Positions 36,713 to 48,495 of a stretch of DNA of 64,000 nucleotides are shown here, piece after piece; position 1 is the first letter of the stretch, and each line of letters opens with the position of its first letter. Where the stretch lies: positions 33,108,001-33,172,000 of the forward strand of contig NC_067402.1 in assembly GCF_016432865.1 (NCBI RefSeq). Reading direction: 5' to 3'. Source of the DNA: Antechinus flavipes. Taxonomy: Eukaryota. Made by a program: the position numbers and the translations under genes. The notes under the pieces are model-generated. The model saw only the letters and a list, made by a program, of their open reading frames with translations. It had not been told where the DNA came from and ran no database searches.

Positions 36713-38535
36713 TTTTTTTAAATAACTTTTTATTGATAGAACTCATGCCAGGGTAATTTTTTACAACATTATCCCTTGCATTCACTTCTGTTCCGATTTT
36801 TCCCCTCCCTCCCTTCACCCCCTCCCCCAGATGGCAAGCAGTCCTTTACATGTTGAATAGGTTACAGTATATCCTGGATACAATATACGTGTGCAGAACC
36901 AAACAGTTTTCTTGTTGCACAGGGAGAATTGAATTCAGAAGGTATAAATAATCCGGGAGGAAAAACAAAAATGCAAGCAGTTTATATTCATTTCCCAGTG
37001 TTCTTTCTTTGGGTGTAGCTGCTTCTACCCATCTTTGATCAATTGAAACTGAATTAGCTCTCTTTATCAAAGAGATCCACTTCCATCAGAATACATCCTC
37101 AAACAGTATCGTTGTTGAGGTATATAATGATCCCCTGGTTCTGCTCATTTCACTCAGCATCAGTTCATGTAAGTCTCGCCAGTCCTCTCTGTATTCATCC
37201 TGCTGGTCATTCCTTACAGAACAATAATATTCCATAACGTTCATATACCACAATTTACTCAACCATTCTTCAATTGATGGGCATCCATTCATTTTCCAGC
37301 TTCTAGCCACTACAAACAGGGCTGCCACAAACATTTTGGCACATGCAGGTCCCTTCCCCTTCTTTAGTATCTCTTTGGGGTATAAGCCCAGTAGAAACAC
37401 TGCTGGATCAAAGGGTATGCACAGTTTGATAACTTTTTGAGCATAGTTCCAAATTGCTCTCCAGAATGGCTGGATGTGTTCCCAATTCCACCAACAATGT
37501 ATCAGTGTCCCTGTTTTCCCACATCCCCTCCAACATTCCACATTATTTTTTCCTGTCACTCTAGCCAATCTGACAGGTGTGTAGTGGTATCTCAGAGTTG
37601 TCTTAATTTGCATTTCTCTGATTAATAATGATTTGGAGCATATTTTCATATGCCTATAAATAGTTTCAATTTCTTCGTCTGAGAATTGTCTGTTCATATC
37701 CTTTGACCATTTATCAATTGGAGAATGGTTTGATTTCTTATACATTAAAGTCAATTCTCTCTATATTTTGGAAATGAGGCCTTTATCAGAACCTTTGATT
37801 GTAAAAATGTTTTCCCAGTTTATTGTTTCCCTTCTAATCTTGTCTGCATTTGTTTTGTTTGTACAAAAACTTTTCAATTTGATAAAATCAAAATTTTCTA
37901 TGTTGTGGTCAATAGTGATCTCTAGTTCTTCTTTGGTCATAAATTCCTCCCTCTTCCACAGGTCTGAGAGGTAAACTATCCTATGCTCTTCCAATTTATT
38001 TATAATCTCATTCTTTATGCCTAGGTCATGAACCCATTTTGACCTTATCTTGGTGTACGGTGTTAAGTGTGGGTCAATGCCTAGTTTCTGCCATACTTAT
38101 TTCTAATTTTCCCAGCAATTTTTGTCAAATAGTGCATTCTTATCCCAGAAACTGGGGTCTTTGGATTTTTCAAACACTATATTATTAAAGTTATTGGCTG
38201 TTTTGTCCTTTGAACCTAACCTATTCCATTGATCAACTAGTCTATTTCTTAGCCAGTACCAGATGGTTTTAGTACCTGCTGCTTTATAATATAATTTTAG
38301 ATCTGATACAGCTAGGCCACCTTCATTTGATTTTTTTTTTCATTAATTCCCTTGAAATTCTTGACCTTTTGTTTTTCCATATGAACTTTGTTGTTATTTT
38401 TTTCTAAGTCCTCAAAGTAGTTTTTTGGGAGTCTGATTGGTATAGCGCTAAATAAATAGATTAATTTAGGTAGTATTGTCATCTTTATTATATTTGCTCG
38501 CCCAATCCAAGAGTATTTAATATTTTTCCAGTTGG
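36713..38535 (-). mobile_element. Young 5'-truncated L1 (LINE-1), ~1.8 kb: ORF2 C-terminal region, 3'UTR and short poly(A); inserted into an L2
   Basis: Minus-strand ORFs 37086-37754, 37761-37994 and part of 38312-38596 translate to L1 ORF2 motifs ([48 protein letters not shown]). T-tract at 36713-36719. TSD TTAAAGAACTTAAA at 36699-36712 and 38536-38549. Confidence 0.97.
37086..37754 (-). pseudogene. L1 ORF2 C-terminal cysteine-rich domain fragment (222 aa open; not a host gene)
   Basis: Typical L1 ORF2 terminus (CWRGCG..GTLIHCWW, MFVAALFVVA..W....CPS..EWL.KLWY...MEYY). Upstream ORF2 is frameshifted and truncated. Confidence 0.92.
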
Positions 38536-38989
38536 TTAAAGAACTTAAAATTAATGGAGTAAAGAACATACATACACTTATGTGCCTATGAAGCAAACTA
38601 GATAGAGATAAATAGATAGATAGATAGGAGAAATATGAAATAGGTAGTTTTAAAAGAGAAGAGTGCTGAAATTAAAAAGGATTAGAAAAGACTTTCTGTA
38701 GAAGACAAAATTTTATTTGGGACTTAAAAAAATCAGGCAGGTCAGTAATGGGGAGGAGGGAGACCATTCCAGGAATGAAAGACAACCAGAGAAAATGTCC
38801 AGTCAAGAGAGGGAAGGCCTTGTTCAGGGAACACACCCACTTAAACATGAAGTCAGGATTACATTACATATAAAGATATTCCCCTGCTTGAAATTCATAA
38901 ACTGCATCGTTGGGATAAGAAGTTAAAAATATTTAGGTGAGGATTCAGAGAAGGAGGAAGATTGGCGATAAAAGATCACATAATATGCA

Positions 38990-39450
38990 ATCTGTATGAG
39001 TCTCCCCAACGCCATGGCCCCCACCCCAGTTAGGCCCTCATGATTTCTCACCTGAACCATCATAATAAACTTCTAACTACTCCTTCACATCCTTTCTTTC
39101 TCCAATACTTCCGATAGACAGCTGCCAAAAATAATTTTCCTAAGGTCCAGGCTTGCTCACATCACACCCCTTTCTCAAAAGCCTTCAGAGGCCCACTATT
39201 ATTAGCAGGGTAAAATACTAACCCCTAGTCGATATTGCCCTTAACAATCTAACTTCAACCTAACCCTCTAGCCTCATTTCACTGAACTCCTCCTCTTCAG
39301 TCTTCCTTATGATCTGGCCAAATTGGACCACCAGTATCCTCAGAACTTGGCCTTTCATCTCATCTCTATGTATTTGCCCAAATCTATTCCTAGAATACAC
39401 TCCCTGCTTATGTCTACCTCACTCCCTCTCTACCTCTAATCAAAAGGAAC
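38990..39450 (+). mobile_element. L2 remnant
   Basis: gttaggccctcatgatttctcacctg…aataattttcctaag…atcacaccc…ccttcag…ttcctagaatacactcc. Confidence 0.75.
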
Positions 39451-39814
39451 AGGAGGGAGGAAGAGTCATAAGGAGAGTGTCCTGTTATTAGAAATGCTAA
39501 CATATAATCTTTTTTCCATTTCCCATAACCATATTCAAACACAAAGTTATTGATTTCTCCCTAAGAATTCTCACTTTTCCATTTAAAGACTATTGGAAGC
39601 TTAAAAAACATGCCATTCAGGTATCTCAGTCTACCAGAGTTTGGTAGCCACTCAAATCTTGAGATCACTGTGTGGAAGAGCACTAAAAACAAAGAACCAT
39701 GTTTTTATGACTGAAGACACCAACAGAAAGCACTAGCCTTAATAACCACAGTTTTCTTGTTTCCACAAATCGAGGTGAAAATTCATCCAGTCACCCACCT
39801 GAAAATTACCAATG

Positions 39815-40000
39815 AGGCAGAATCCACCATCTCCTGTGGCTCCCTATTCTACCTTTAATTTTTTTTTTCAAGTTAAATTTAAACTTTCTTCTTTGTATTT
39901 CCATTTCTTGCTCTGGGTTCTGCCCTCGGGGACCAATTTGAACAAAGCTCATCCACTTGCCAATCCTTCAAATATTTCAAATCAGTATCATTCTCCAAAA
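39815..40000 (-). mobile_element. CR1/L3 LINE remnant
   Basis: gttctgccctcggggacc…gaacaaagctc…ccttcaaatatttcaaa…atcatt. Confidence 0.6.
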
Positions 40001-41799
40001 CCTTGTGCTTATCTCACTGCTTACATAGATTTAAAAATGGGAATATTTTCTTTGTCCAGATAGAATGATTATATTCCAAATTTGTTGGACTGATTCAATC
40101 AATCAATGTTATACTTTTTTTGTAAGTACTTATGTATTCCAATATTAACTCCCTTTATAGAACTGAAACACTGTGGGGGCCAGAGATATTCCATTTTTAC
40201 TTCTGTTTCCCAAATTTCTGGCTCAGAGCCAATCCAAAGTACTTTTTTAATAAATGCTTGGTGATAGAATAAATTTCAATCACCCATTCTTATCACTTAC
40301 ATATTTCAATGTAGAAATAATTGCCCCAAAGAGCAAAAGTATGTTTATCATCCTATGGTCAATAAACAAGCTTTGGATTTATTCCCCTTCACAGTGACCC
40401 TGTCAGGAGGTTGGATCACCAAGTAAAGCTTTCAGAAAGTATCTTCTCAGCCCTTATTGGACTGAAGAATAATCATGATGTGAGGCAGCATGAAATGGAG
40501 GTGATCCAATAGAAAGAGTACTGTCTCTGAGGTCCTAAATCCTGGCTTTAAATCCTGGTGTACATCTTTAGGTGGGACACTTAACACTGATGGACTTTCA
40601 TTTCCTCATTTGTAAAAGGACGAGATTAAACTAGGAACCTAGAGTTAGAACTGTGAGGGATCTTAATTGTCATCTTGTTTAACCCTTCATTTTACGAATA
40701 AGAAAGCTGAGATTGATATGGGGCAAAGTGGCTGGCTCAGGGGTCCAGACCTAGTCTCTGAGACTAGCTAACCTGTGGGTCAATCCCTTGTAGCCTCAAT
40801 GCCATTAGGCAAAGATCTCTAGGCTCTCTAGTAATGTGGGGGGCTCCTTGGGTACCCAGGGAGATGGGAAGCAGAGGCAGATGGCAGAGTCTGTATCCTC
40901 TAATTTGATTCTACTTTGTTCTTCACTGCCTTTTGCCCTTTCCTGCTTAGTTCCAAACCACATGAGTAATTAACCTTTAACAAGCTCTTCAGAAAATGAA
41001 TGACACCTGCAAGTTGAGAGGGTTTAGCTGAAATAGGTATGCAAATCCCGCCTTTTGTGAAGCTTTAGAAGTCTTTGAAAACACTCTCTAAGTATCCCTT
41101 CTTCAATAGGCAGCATCTTGGAGGAGACAGGGGATGTGCTACCTAGCCTGGTCCCTATGACAGATGAGGTTGAAGATGGGGAGGAGGAAAATAAGCCTTG
41201 ATGGTACTTAGCCCCAGTGAGAATGGGTTAAGTTGGAAGAATGATACATAAACATTATGTTGCGGTCTTAGCTACATTGGTCAGAACAAAAATTGGTCAG
41301 ATGAGCACACGGTACAAGAGTACCGTATCTTTCAGAATTATTACTCTTTTGCAAAATACTTTGCATTTCAGTCATCTATGTCTACTCCCTATCTCCCTTG
41401 GTAGATTATAAACTCTTTGAGGGTAAGAATTGTTTCATTTGCACCTGTGGAAGCACAGCGTCTAGGATAGGAGAAATCTGGGATCAGTTTGCTATAGACA
41501 CAAGGCAATATCACAAAACTTTATTAACACAGAATTAAAAGACCCTTCAGTGGTCATCTGTTCCAGCCTGCACGTGGCCAAATACCCCTTCAACAATACG
41601 TCCAACAAGCAGCTAAGGCCACGATAGCTATTTGTGATCTTCCCGATGCCATCTTGAAGTCCAAGGCAATATGTTGGCTGGGTTTGCCCCATTCACTCTT
41701 CACTGCTTAATATTATGCAGATGTTTGCTTTCTAGAAGCTGGGGCAAGAGATAGTCCCAATAGAGTGATTATACTCCAAATTAATTGGACTGATTCAAT

Positions 41800-42010
41800 C
41801 CATCAATAGGCATTTATTAATATTCACGATCTGCCCAACGGGATGTGCTCAGGGAAACAAACACAAATGTAAGATAGCCTATGCTTTCAAGAACCAAAAG
41901 AGGCAAGACATTGGCACAGAATAGTAAACACAGGGCATATGTCAAAAATACACAATTTATACAGTGATTGGGAGGGAAGACCTTCAGACTTTGATCCTTA
42001 AGACTTCCCA
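41800..42010 (-). mobile_element. L2 3' tail
   Basis: caataggcatttattaa…gtgctcaggg…gatagcctatgctttcaagaac. Confidence 0.65.
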
Positions 42011-42379
42011 AAGCTTCTCAGATATGACTTCAATTTTCTAGTCATAGAAAGCACAAAAGGTCATCATTTTTTTATAATATACTTTAGAAATGATCAATTA
42101 AGTAGGAGCTGAAGTTCAAGAAGAACTCAATCACTTGTTGTGGCTGGGTAATTTATTTCCATGAGCTAATTACTGACAAATAAGACTAAGGGTCTGATCG
42201 ATTGGACTTGTGGCCAATTCTGAATGAAAGCACAAGGTTTTGCTACAAAATACAAACCTTTTTTATTTGATTATGACCCCTTTTCTCCCTCAAGCCTAAA
42301 AACAACACATTCAGACTGGAAATCCTATTTAAACTTCAATCTTCACTGGTGATGTCATATTTTTTTTCCCTCTTTAAAT

Positions 42380-42560
42380 GTAAAAAAACACAGTGAGCAA
42401 TGACGAGAACCTTGCGGATTTTCACCTTTACTGAAAAGTTTCCCGGAAAATGTGGTTTGGACGAAGTCCATTACATGGCAAACGATTGTTTTTTAGTTAA
42501 ATTTAGAACGCTTTGTTTGTGACTTTCTCGACACAGTGACATAACTGTGGTTTTATGCTT
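42380..42560. promoter_or_regulatory. CpG-retaining island with an optimal STAT GAS site
   Basis: TTCCCGGAA at 42440-42448; several CpGs in ~180 bp; no recognisable repeat. Confidence 0.35.
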
Positions 42561-42999
42561 TCCTTCCACAGCAAATATGGACAACAAACCTTTCAGAAGG
42601 CAAAAAGCCAGAAGTTTAAATGAAAAACATTCACATATGCAACTTACAGGTTAGAAATGTAATGATACAAATTCTGGGAAATCCGAGGTTTTACCTACAT
42701 AGCAAATACATTAATTCTTCGTTACTATTTAGATACTTAAAAGTATGGTATAAGCTGAAAATAGCATACATGTTCCAACAATGGTTCAATAACAAACAGC
42801 CTCAGTGAGTCCTCTGAGAATTTTCACAGAAAGACATGAGTAAATTCTACCTTTCTTTTTTTTTTTTCATAGAATGTAAGATCCTGCTTAACTCAGATCA
42901 CTTATCAAATTTACCTTTAGCTACTTTAAAAATGTATATTTAAAAGCGAGGAGCTACCAGAAGGCCTATGAAGACACTCCACACTCTGATTTTCCATAG

Positions 43000-43500
43000 C
43001 TATAAGGACACTAAGGTGATTGTTTAGCTATCTTTATCACTAGTTGAGCCTGAGCCTTAATTTGAGTTTGATATAAAATTCTAAATCCAATGCACTCTCT
43101 TACACATGGTCTTTCCTGATCCCCACTCCCATTTGCTAACAACCTTTCCTCCTCTTCCCCCAAGAATTTTGAAATTAATTTGCATTTACTTTTATGTATA
43201 CATATTGACTCTCCCAATAAAATGTAAGACCCTCCAAGAACAAAAACTGTTTCTTTTCTTTTTTTTTTTTTTGGCTGAGGCAATTGGGGTAAAATGACTT
43301 GCCCAAGGTCACATAGCTAGGAAGTGTTAAATGTCTGAGACCAAATTTGAACTCAGGTCCTCCTGACTTCAGGTATGGTGCTCTATCCATTGTGCCACCT
43401 AGCCGCCCTGACTTTCATTGTTGCCTTTATGTTTTTAAAACTTAGCACAGTGCCTGCCTGGCCTGCAGCAGATATGTAAGAATATAGAATGTATAGATGA
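43000..43500 (+). mobile_element. L2 3' region interrupted by WSINE1
   Basis: ctttcctgatccccac…gtatacatattgactctcccaataaaatgtaag…cttagcacagtgcctg. Confidence 0.75.
43252..43408 (-). mobile_element. WSINE1-type SINE inserted in an L2 tail
   Basis: Poly(T), then gctgaggcaattgggg…tttgaactcaggtcctcctgacttcagg…ccacctagccgcc. No clean TSD. Confidence 0.92.
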
Positions 43501-44804
43501 ATGGATGGATGGACAAATGGATGGATTTTTCTTTTTGCCTTTCAGAATTCTTATTTTTGCTCAAAGCTAATTTCAGATGCCAATTACTTTGAAGAACTCA
43601 AAAATTATTACTGTTCTCTTCTCAAATTATCTTTATTTTCTGTTCTATAATCTACCTTCCCTGTTAGACTTGTAAACTTCTTGATAGTAGGAATTGGTTC
43701 ATTTTTGCCTTTGTAATTGCATCTCCTAATAAAATGCCCGACACATAGTGTATACATAATACATGTCTGTTGAATTAAATTAAACTTTTCTAACATCCTT
43801 AAAAGGAACATAAAATAATGGTGCTGGGGTTGCCAATCCCAAAAGGCACAGCGATGACTACTCTGAGCTAGCCCCTCTATGTGTCCACTGGGAAGAATTC
43901 CCCACCAGATCTGTCTCTCTCAGGACCATTGCTGAAATTCTATCATCAGAAGTATTGCTCTAACACAACAATAGTCTTGTCAAACCAATATTCCAGGGAA
44001 AGAACTAGGATTTTGGAATAGGTCTTCTTAATAAAATAGACTGGCCTAAGCTGTTTTATTTTGACATTGTTGTTTTCCTTTTGCCTCACTATACCAGCTT
44101 GCACTGCTGATACATGATCCCCACTGCTTAGACATCAGAACATCAGACTGGTGGTGAGAAAGAGTCAAGGATGATGTTGCATTTTAACTCTGGAGCTAGA
44201 ATGGAACTCTAATGTCCATCTAGAACTGCTTTGGAGGCAATCTTACCCAACTGGATTTTGTCCTACAAACACATATTAAAACACTTGCATGACATACTCT
44301 TCTACATTCTGAGGATCCAAATGCAAAAATGTAATATTCCCTAGGTTCAATAAGCTTCCATTCTATTGGGAGACTAGAGCAGTAACTAAGTAGCAATTTG
44401 AAAAGGGAAGGGGTCCCTAGAAAAAGTATCACTTCCATTAGGGAATCTTAACAACGCTTCCCTTAATATCCCCATGTCATGTGGACAAAGCATTATTTGG
44501 GGGCTATGCTGGATTATTGGATTTATTAGGGATTTGACTCTGAGGAATGAAAAGCACTGTCATTGGGCCCCAGACATGTATCCTCATTATAAATAGAATC
44601 TTAGATCCAAACTTGGAAAAAAATTAATGTAATCTTCACCATAGTCCTCATGCTATAGGTCAGGAAACAGAGAGAAATAAAGTGAGTTGATCAAAGTTAC
44701 ATGAATACTAAGTTCAGAGCCTCTGACTCCAGAGCTAGTCTTTGCTATAGTGCTATTGTAACATACTCCTTTTTACCCATGATGACTCAGGTCACACAAG
44801 GACA

Positions 44805-44968
44805 CCAAGTATTATAAAATAAATGAAGGAGATACAAAGTGCTATAAAATAAATCAAAGAGATACAAAATATTATTAAATATATCAAGGAGATACAAAGT
44901 ATTATAAAATAAAGGAGACAGAAAGTGCTATAAAATTAATCAAAGAGATATAATGTATTATAAAATAA
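44805..44968. repeat. AT-rich minisatellite, 30-bp unit, running into an N gap
   Basis: aagt(a/g)(t/c)tataaaataaat(g/c)aa(g/a)gagataca repeated at least 5 times. Confidence 0.9.
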
Positions 44969-45153
44969 NNNNNNNNNNNNNNNNNNNNNNNNNNNNNNNN
45001 NNNNNNNNNNNNNNNNNNNNNNNNNNNNNNNNNNNNNNNNNNNNNNNNNNNNNNNNNNNNNNNNNNNNNNNNNNNNNNNNNNNNNNNNNNNNNNNNNNNN
45101 NNNNNNNNNNNNNNNNNNNNNNNNNNNNNNNNNNNNNNNNNNNNNNNNNNNNN
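44969..45153. other. Assembly gap (N)
   Basis: Run of N. Confidence 1.
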
Positions 45154-45229
45154 TTCTTGACCTGAAAAAGAGAGAGAAAAACACAGATAATCTGAATACT
45201 ATATACACAAAGTGTAAAAAGCATAGCTA

Positions 45230-45410
45230 TATTGGGAAGATTGTTAGATCTGAAGCTGTAGGATGAGGGATCAAATTCAAGTTACATGTGTGACCTAGGG
45301 CAATTCATTTAACTTTCAAAGGTCTCATTTTCCTCATTTGTAAAATGAAGGGGCTGGACTAAATTCCCCACTAAGGTCACTTCCAGTTCTAGATCTAGGA
45401 TCCTATGGAT
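45230..45410 (+). mobile_element. MIR3-like SINE
   Basis: gtgtgacctagggcaattc…ctcatttgtaaaatgaaggggctggact…ttccagttctagatct. Confidence 0.78.
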
Positions 45411-45814
45411 TAAGTCAAGGTCTCCAGGGTATTAAGTATCTTTTCTGTGAAAGATTTGTGAAAAGACGTGGACTTTATTGGCACAAAGTGAGAAGAGTTG
45501 GGTTGTCTGCGATACTGGTGGAGGAACTGTCCATATGAAGAAAATCCAACCAGAAAAGTGTGGAAATAAGTGGAAGGTATTTGGGGGAAAGGGAAGATTT
45601 GCAGAGTCACAGCTAGAATATTACCGCTCCCAGAAGATTTGGAAATCCCTGCTTTGAGCATCTCACAAGATATCATAAACACTAAAATAACAGACACAGC
45701 AATTCTCTGGGCAAACAATAGAGGTTAAAGGTTCTAAATAAAACTAGGTTTCATGGTGCTATGAGAAAAACATTACATATGAAATTATAGGATTTGTATT
45801 CTCATCCTGAAGCT

Positions 45815-45960
45815 TACTTCCAGTCTTACTGCAGCCTGTGTCACCCTCAGCAAATAACTTATACTCTCTGAGCCTCAGTTTCCTCATCTGTAAAATGAAA
45901 AGGTTAGACTATCAATTCTGAAGTCCCTTTTAGCTCCAGAGCTCTCCATGTCCCATGATG
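45815..45960 (+). mobile_element. MIR3-like SINE
   Basis: ctctgagcctcagtttcctcatctgtaaaatgaaaaggttagact…cccttttagctc. Confidence 0.78.
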
Positions 45961-47247
45961 CCTTGGGTCAGTCATTTAGATCCTTCAGTTACTTCCCTAA
46001 CTGAATTAAAATGACTCCTTTGTAGCTGAAATGTGATTGCCAGGCTTTCCTGCTGATAGTCTTGTAAATCCATGCCAGATTTCGGGGCAACTCTCTGCTT
46101 ACTGGCACCTAGCCACAAACCCAGAATGGGGCAAAGTCTCTGAAGAAGATGTTCCCAAAGCCCCAGAAGTCCTTCCCTCTGGAGGAGGGGCACAGAACCT
46201 CAGTAGGACCAGAGCAGGGCTTAGCAGTGTGTGTAAACTTAAGCTCACGGATTTAACTGGCTTGGCAAACTAGTTTCCCTTGAGGCTATACCAAGTATGA
46301 ACATAAAGTGGGGGTGGGGCTGAAGTGGGGAGAAGTGGCAGCTGAGGGAGAGGCCCAGCAGCAAAAGCACCTGCTGGCTGGGGCCTTTCAGGGGAGGCCG
46401 CCCAGGCTGGGGAAACCTTGCCAGCTGCTTGCTTTCACTATCCCTTTTCAGGAAGGTATAGAGAGGTGAAATTGAATGCCCAGGGAAGCCTGAGAGAGTG
46501 AAAGAAGTCACAGGAGGGGGAAGGGATGTAGAATAAGAAGGGACAATAGGGACCAACTAGTCCAGCTCCCTTACTTTACAGATCAGCAAACTGAGAGCAA
46601 AGGAATATATGTGGCTTTCCCAGGATCCCCTAGGTAGAAAGCTCATAGTTTTGTAGATTATAGAATTATTCATTGAGAATTAGAAATGATCTTAGAGAAT
46701 ATAGTCTAAGACTCATTTGACAGACGAGGAAACTGAGACACAGAAAAATGAATCGATCTGTCCAAGGTTGCTGACTCTAGTGCTAATTCTTTTCCCAGTC
46801 TCCCTGGGGAAGAACTTGCGTGTTGCCAGTATATACATAACTGACTTCCACATCCTTTCATGTTAAGGCTACACTTAATCACTCTCTAGGGTCATCAAAC
46901 TATTTCCCTTATTCTATTTCCCCTCCATTCTCACCTTCATATGTAAAGTCAGAGTTAAAAGTTAACTTAGAGACTTTCTAGCCCAATTTTAAGAATGGGT
47001 AAACTGAGGGTGAAGGAAACAAAATGACTCAATCAAATTTCCAAAAGTTTCCAGGCTAAGTCTTGAATTGAGTTTTTTGACTTCAAAACCAGAACGTTCC
47101 ACTGCATTATGTGACCACTGCTAAGCTGTCTATCAGAATAGAAATACAAGCTCAAAGACAAGTGACCCTATCTCATTATCTCCTGGCAGGCCAAGAACCT
47201 GAGCTCATTAGGAGGTTCCAAAATCTTCAGGGAAAAGACTGGTTCTG

Positions 47248-47456
47248 NNNNNNNNNNNNNNNNNNNNNNNNNNNNNNNNNNNNNNNNNNNNNNNNNNNNN
47301 NNNNNNNNNNNNNNNNNNNNNNNNNNNNNNNNNNNNNNNNNNNNNNNNNNNNNNNNNNNNNNNNNNNNNNNNNNNNNNNNNNNNNNNNNNNNNNNNNNNN
47401 NNNNNNNNNNNNNNNNNNNNNNNNNNNNNNNNNNNNNNNNNNNNNNNNNNNNNNNN
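47248..47456. other. Assembly gap (N)
   Basis: Run of N. Confidence 1.
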
Positions 47457-48187
47457 TTTAATTCACCTCCCTCCATTCACAGATGAGAAATCTGAAACCC
47501 AGGGATGGAAAATGACTTCATTAAGATAGCCCAACAAGTGAGCAGCAGAGTTGGGTCTTGACCCTAGACAAGCCTTTCTACTGCACCAAATTGACTCACT
47601 CCGTAAACTGTGTTTAATTCTCTCTGAAGCTTCCCTCACTTCCCTGAAACCCTGTGACCCTTATGTATCATATAATTATGTATCATATATATTATTGATT
47701 ATATGATTATATGATACATATAATTATGTGTCATAATCAGCATAATCATAAAATGATAGAATTACTAAATATTAAAGTTAGAAGGACTCTCAGTAATTGT
47801 CTAGTCCAGCCCAGGTTAGAGGAACTCTAGTTTGAAATCCCAGCTCTGTTGCTCACTATGTGTATGACCCTAGTCGAGTTCCTTCATCACTTTATCTCCA
47901 TTTTTCCTTATCTATTTAATAAATTACTTGTAAGAAGTAACCTTTGTACCTTATAGCTTTAGATTTGTCCAAGTGTTTCAAAATATATTGAGTCTCTGGG
48001 AATAATTTTAAAAGTTGATAACCTGCATTACATTATTTAAAATTATCAGAGATCGAAAAATGCCTGTTATGAATATATATACATATATATATATATGGAT
48101 CAGATGGACAGCAAAGGTAGTAAGCAGCCCTGTAAAGGGCTCAGCAGCTCTCACCTCAGGGGTATTAGTCTTCCCGAACACACCCTA

Positions 48188-48495
48188 CATGGAATATGTA
48201 TGTATGACATGGGAGACACTGGCACAGGACCACCCAGTATGGCATGCCCTCATCAGAGAAGGTACTGTGCTCTATGAGCAAAGCAGAATGGAATTAGCTC
48301 AGAAGAAACACAAGATGCACAAGGTTAGAGAGTCTACCCTAAATGGTCATAGGAACTTTTTGTGTCCAACCTGTGGCAGAGCATTCTAAGCTCACATTGG
48401 TCTGATCAGTCACAGTCAGACACACTGTAATTCAACTCTAATATAGTGATGTCACTATATTCCTCTTCAAAAATGAAGAAAAACAACCAACAAAC
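48188..48495 (+). mobile_element. RTE-clade LINE 3' fragment (marsupial RTE)
   Basis: Translates to TWETLAQDHPVWHALIREG…LCPTCGRAF*AHIGLISHSQTHC, the RTE C-terminal C2H2-like motif. Ends in a CAAC/CAA-type tail. Confidence 0.9.

Larger units (their letters stand above)
36605..38830 (-). mobile_element. L2 remnant split by the young L1
   Basis: Left part gtgcctactatgtgccaggcattgtgctaag…ccctgcccttaaag; right part …ttccaggaatgaaagacaaccagag; joined across the TSD. Confidence 0.8.

Noticed and set aside
47662-47720. 15-bp inverted repeat with 29-nt spacer
   Set aside because: Embedded in AT-rich TATG/CATA low-complexity sequence where such symmetry arises trivially.
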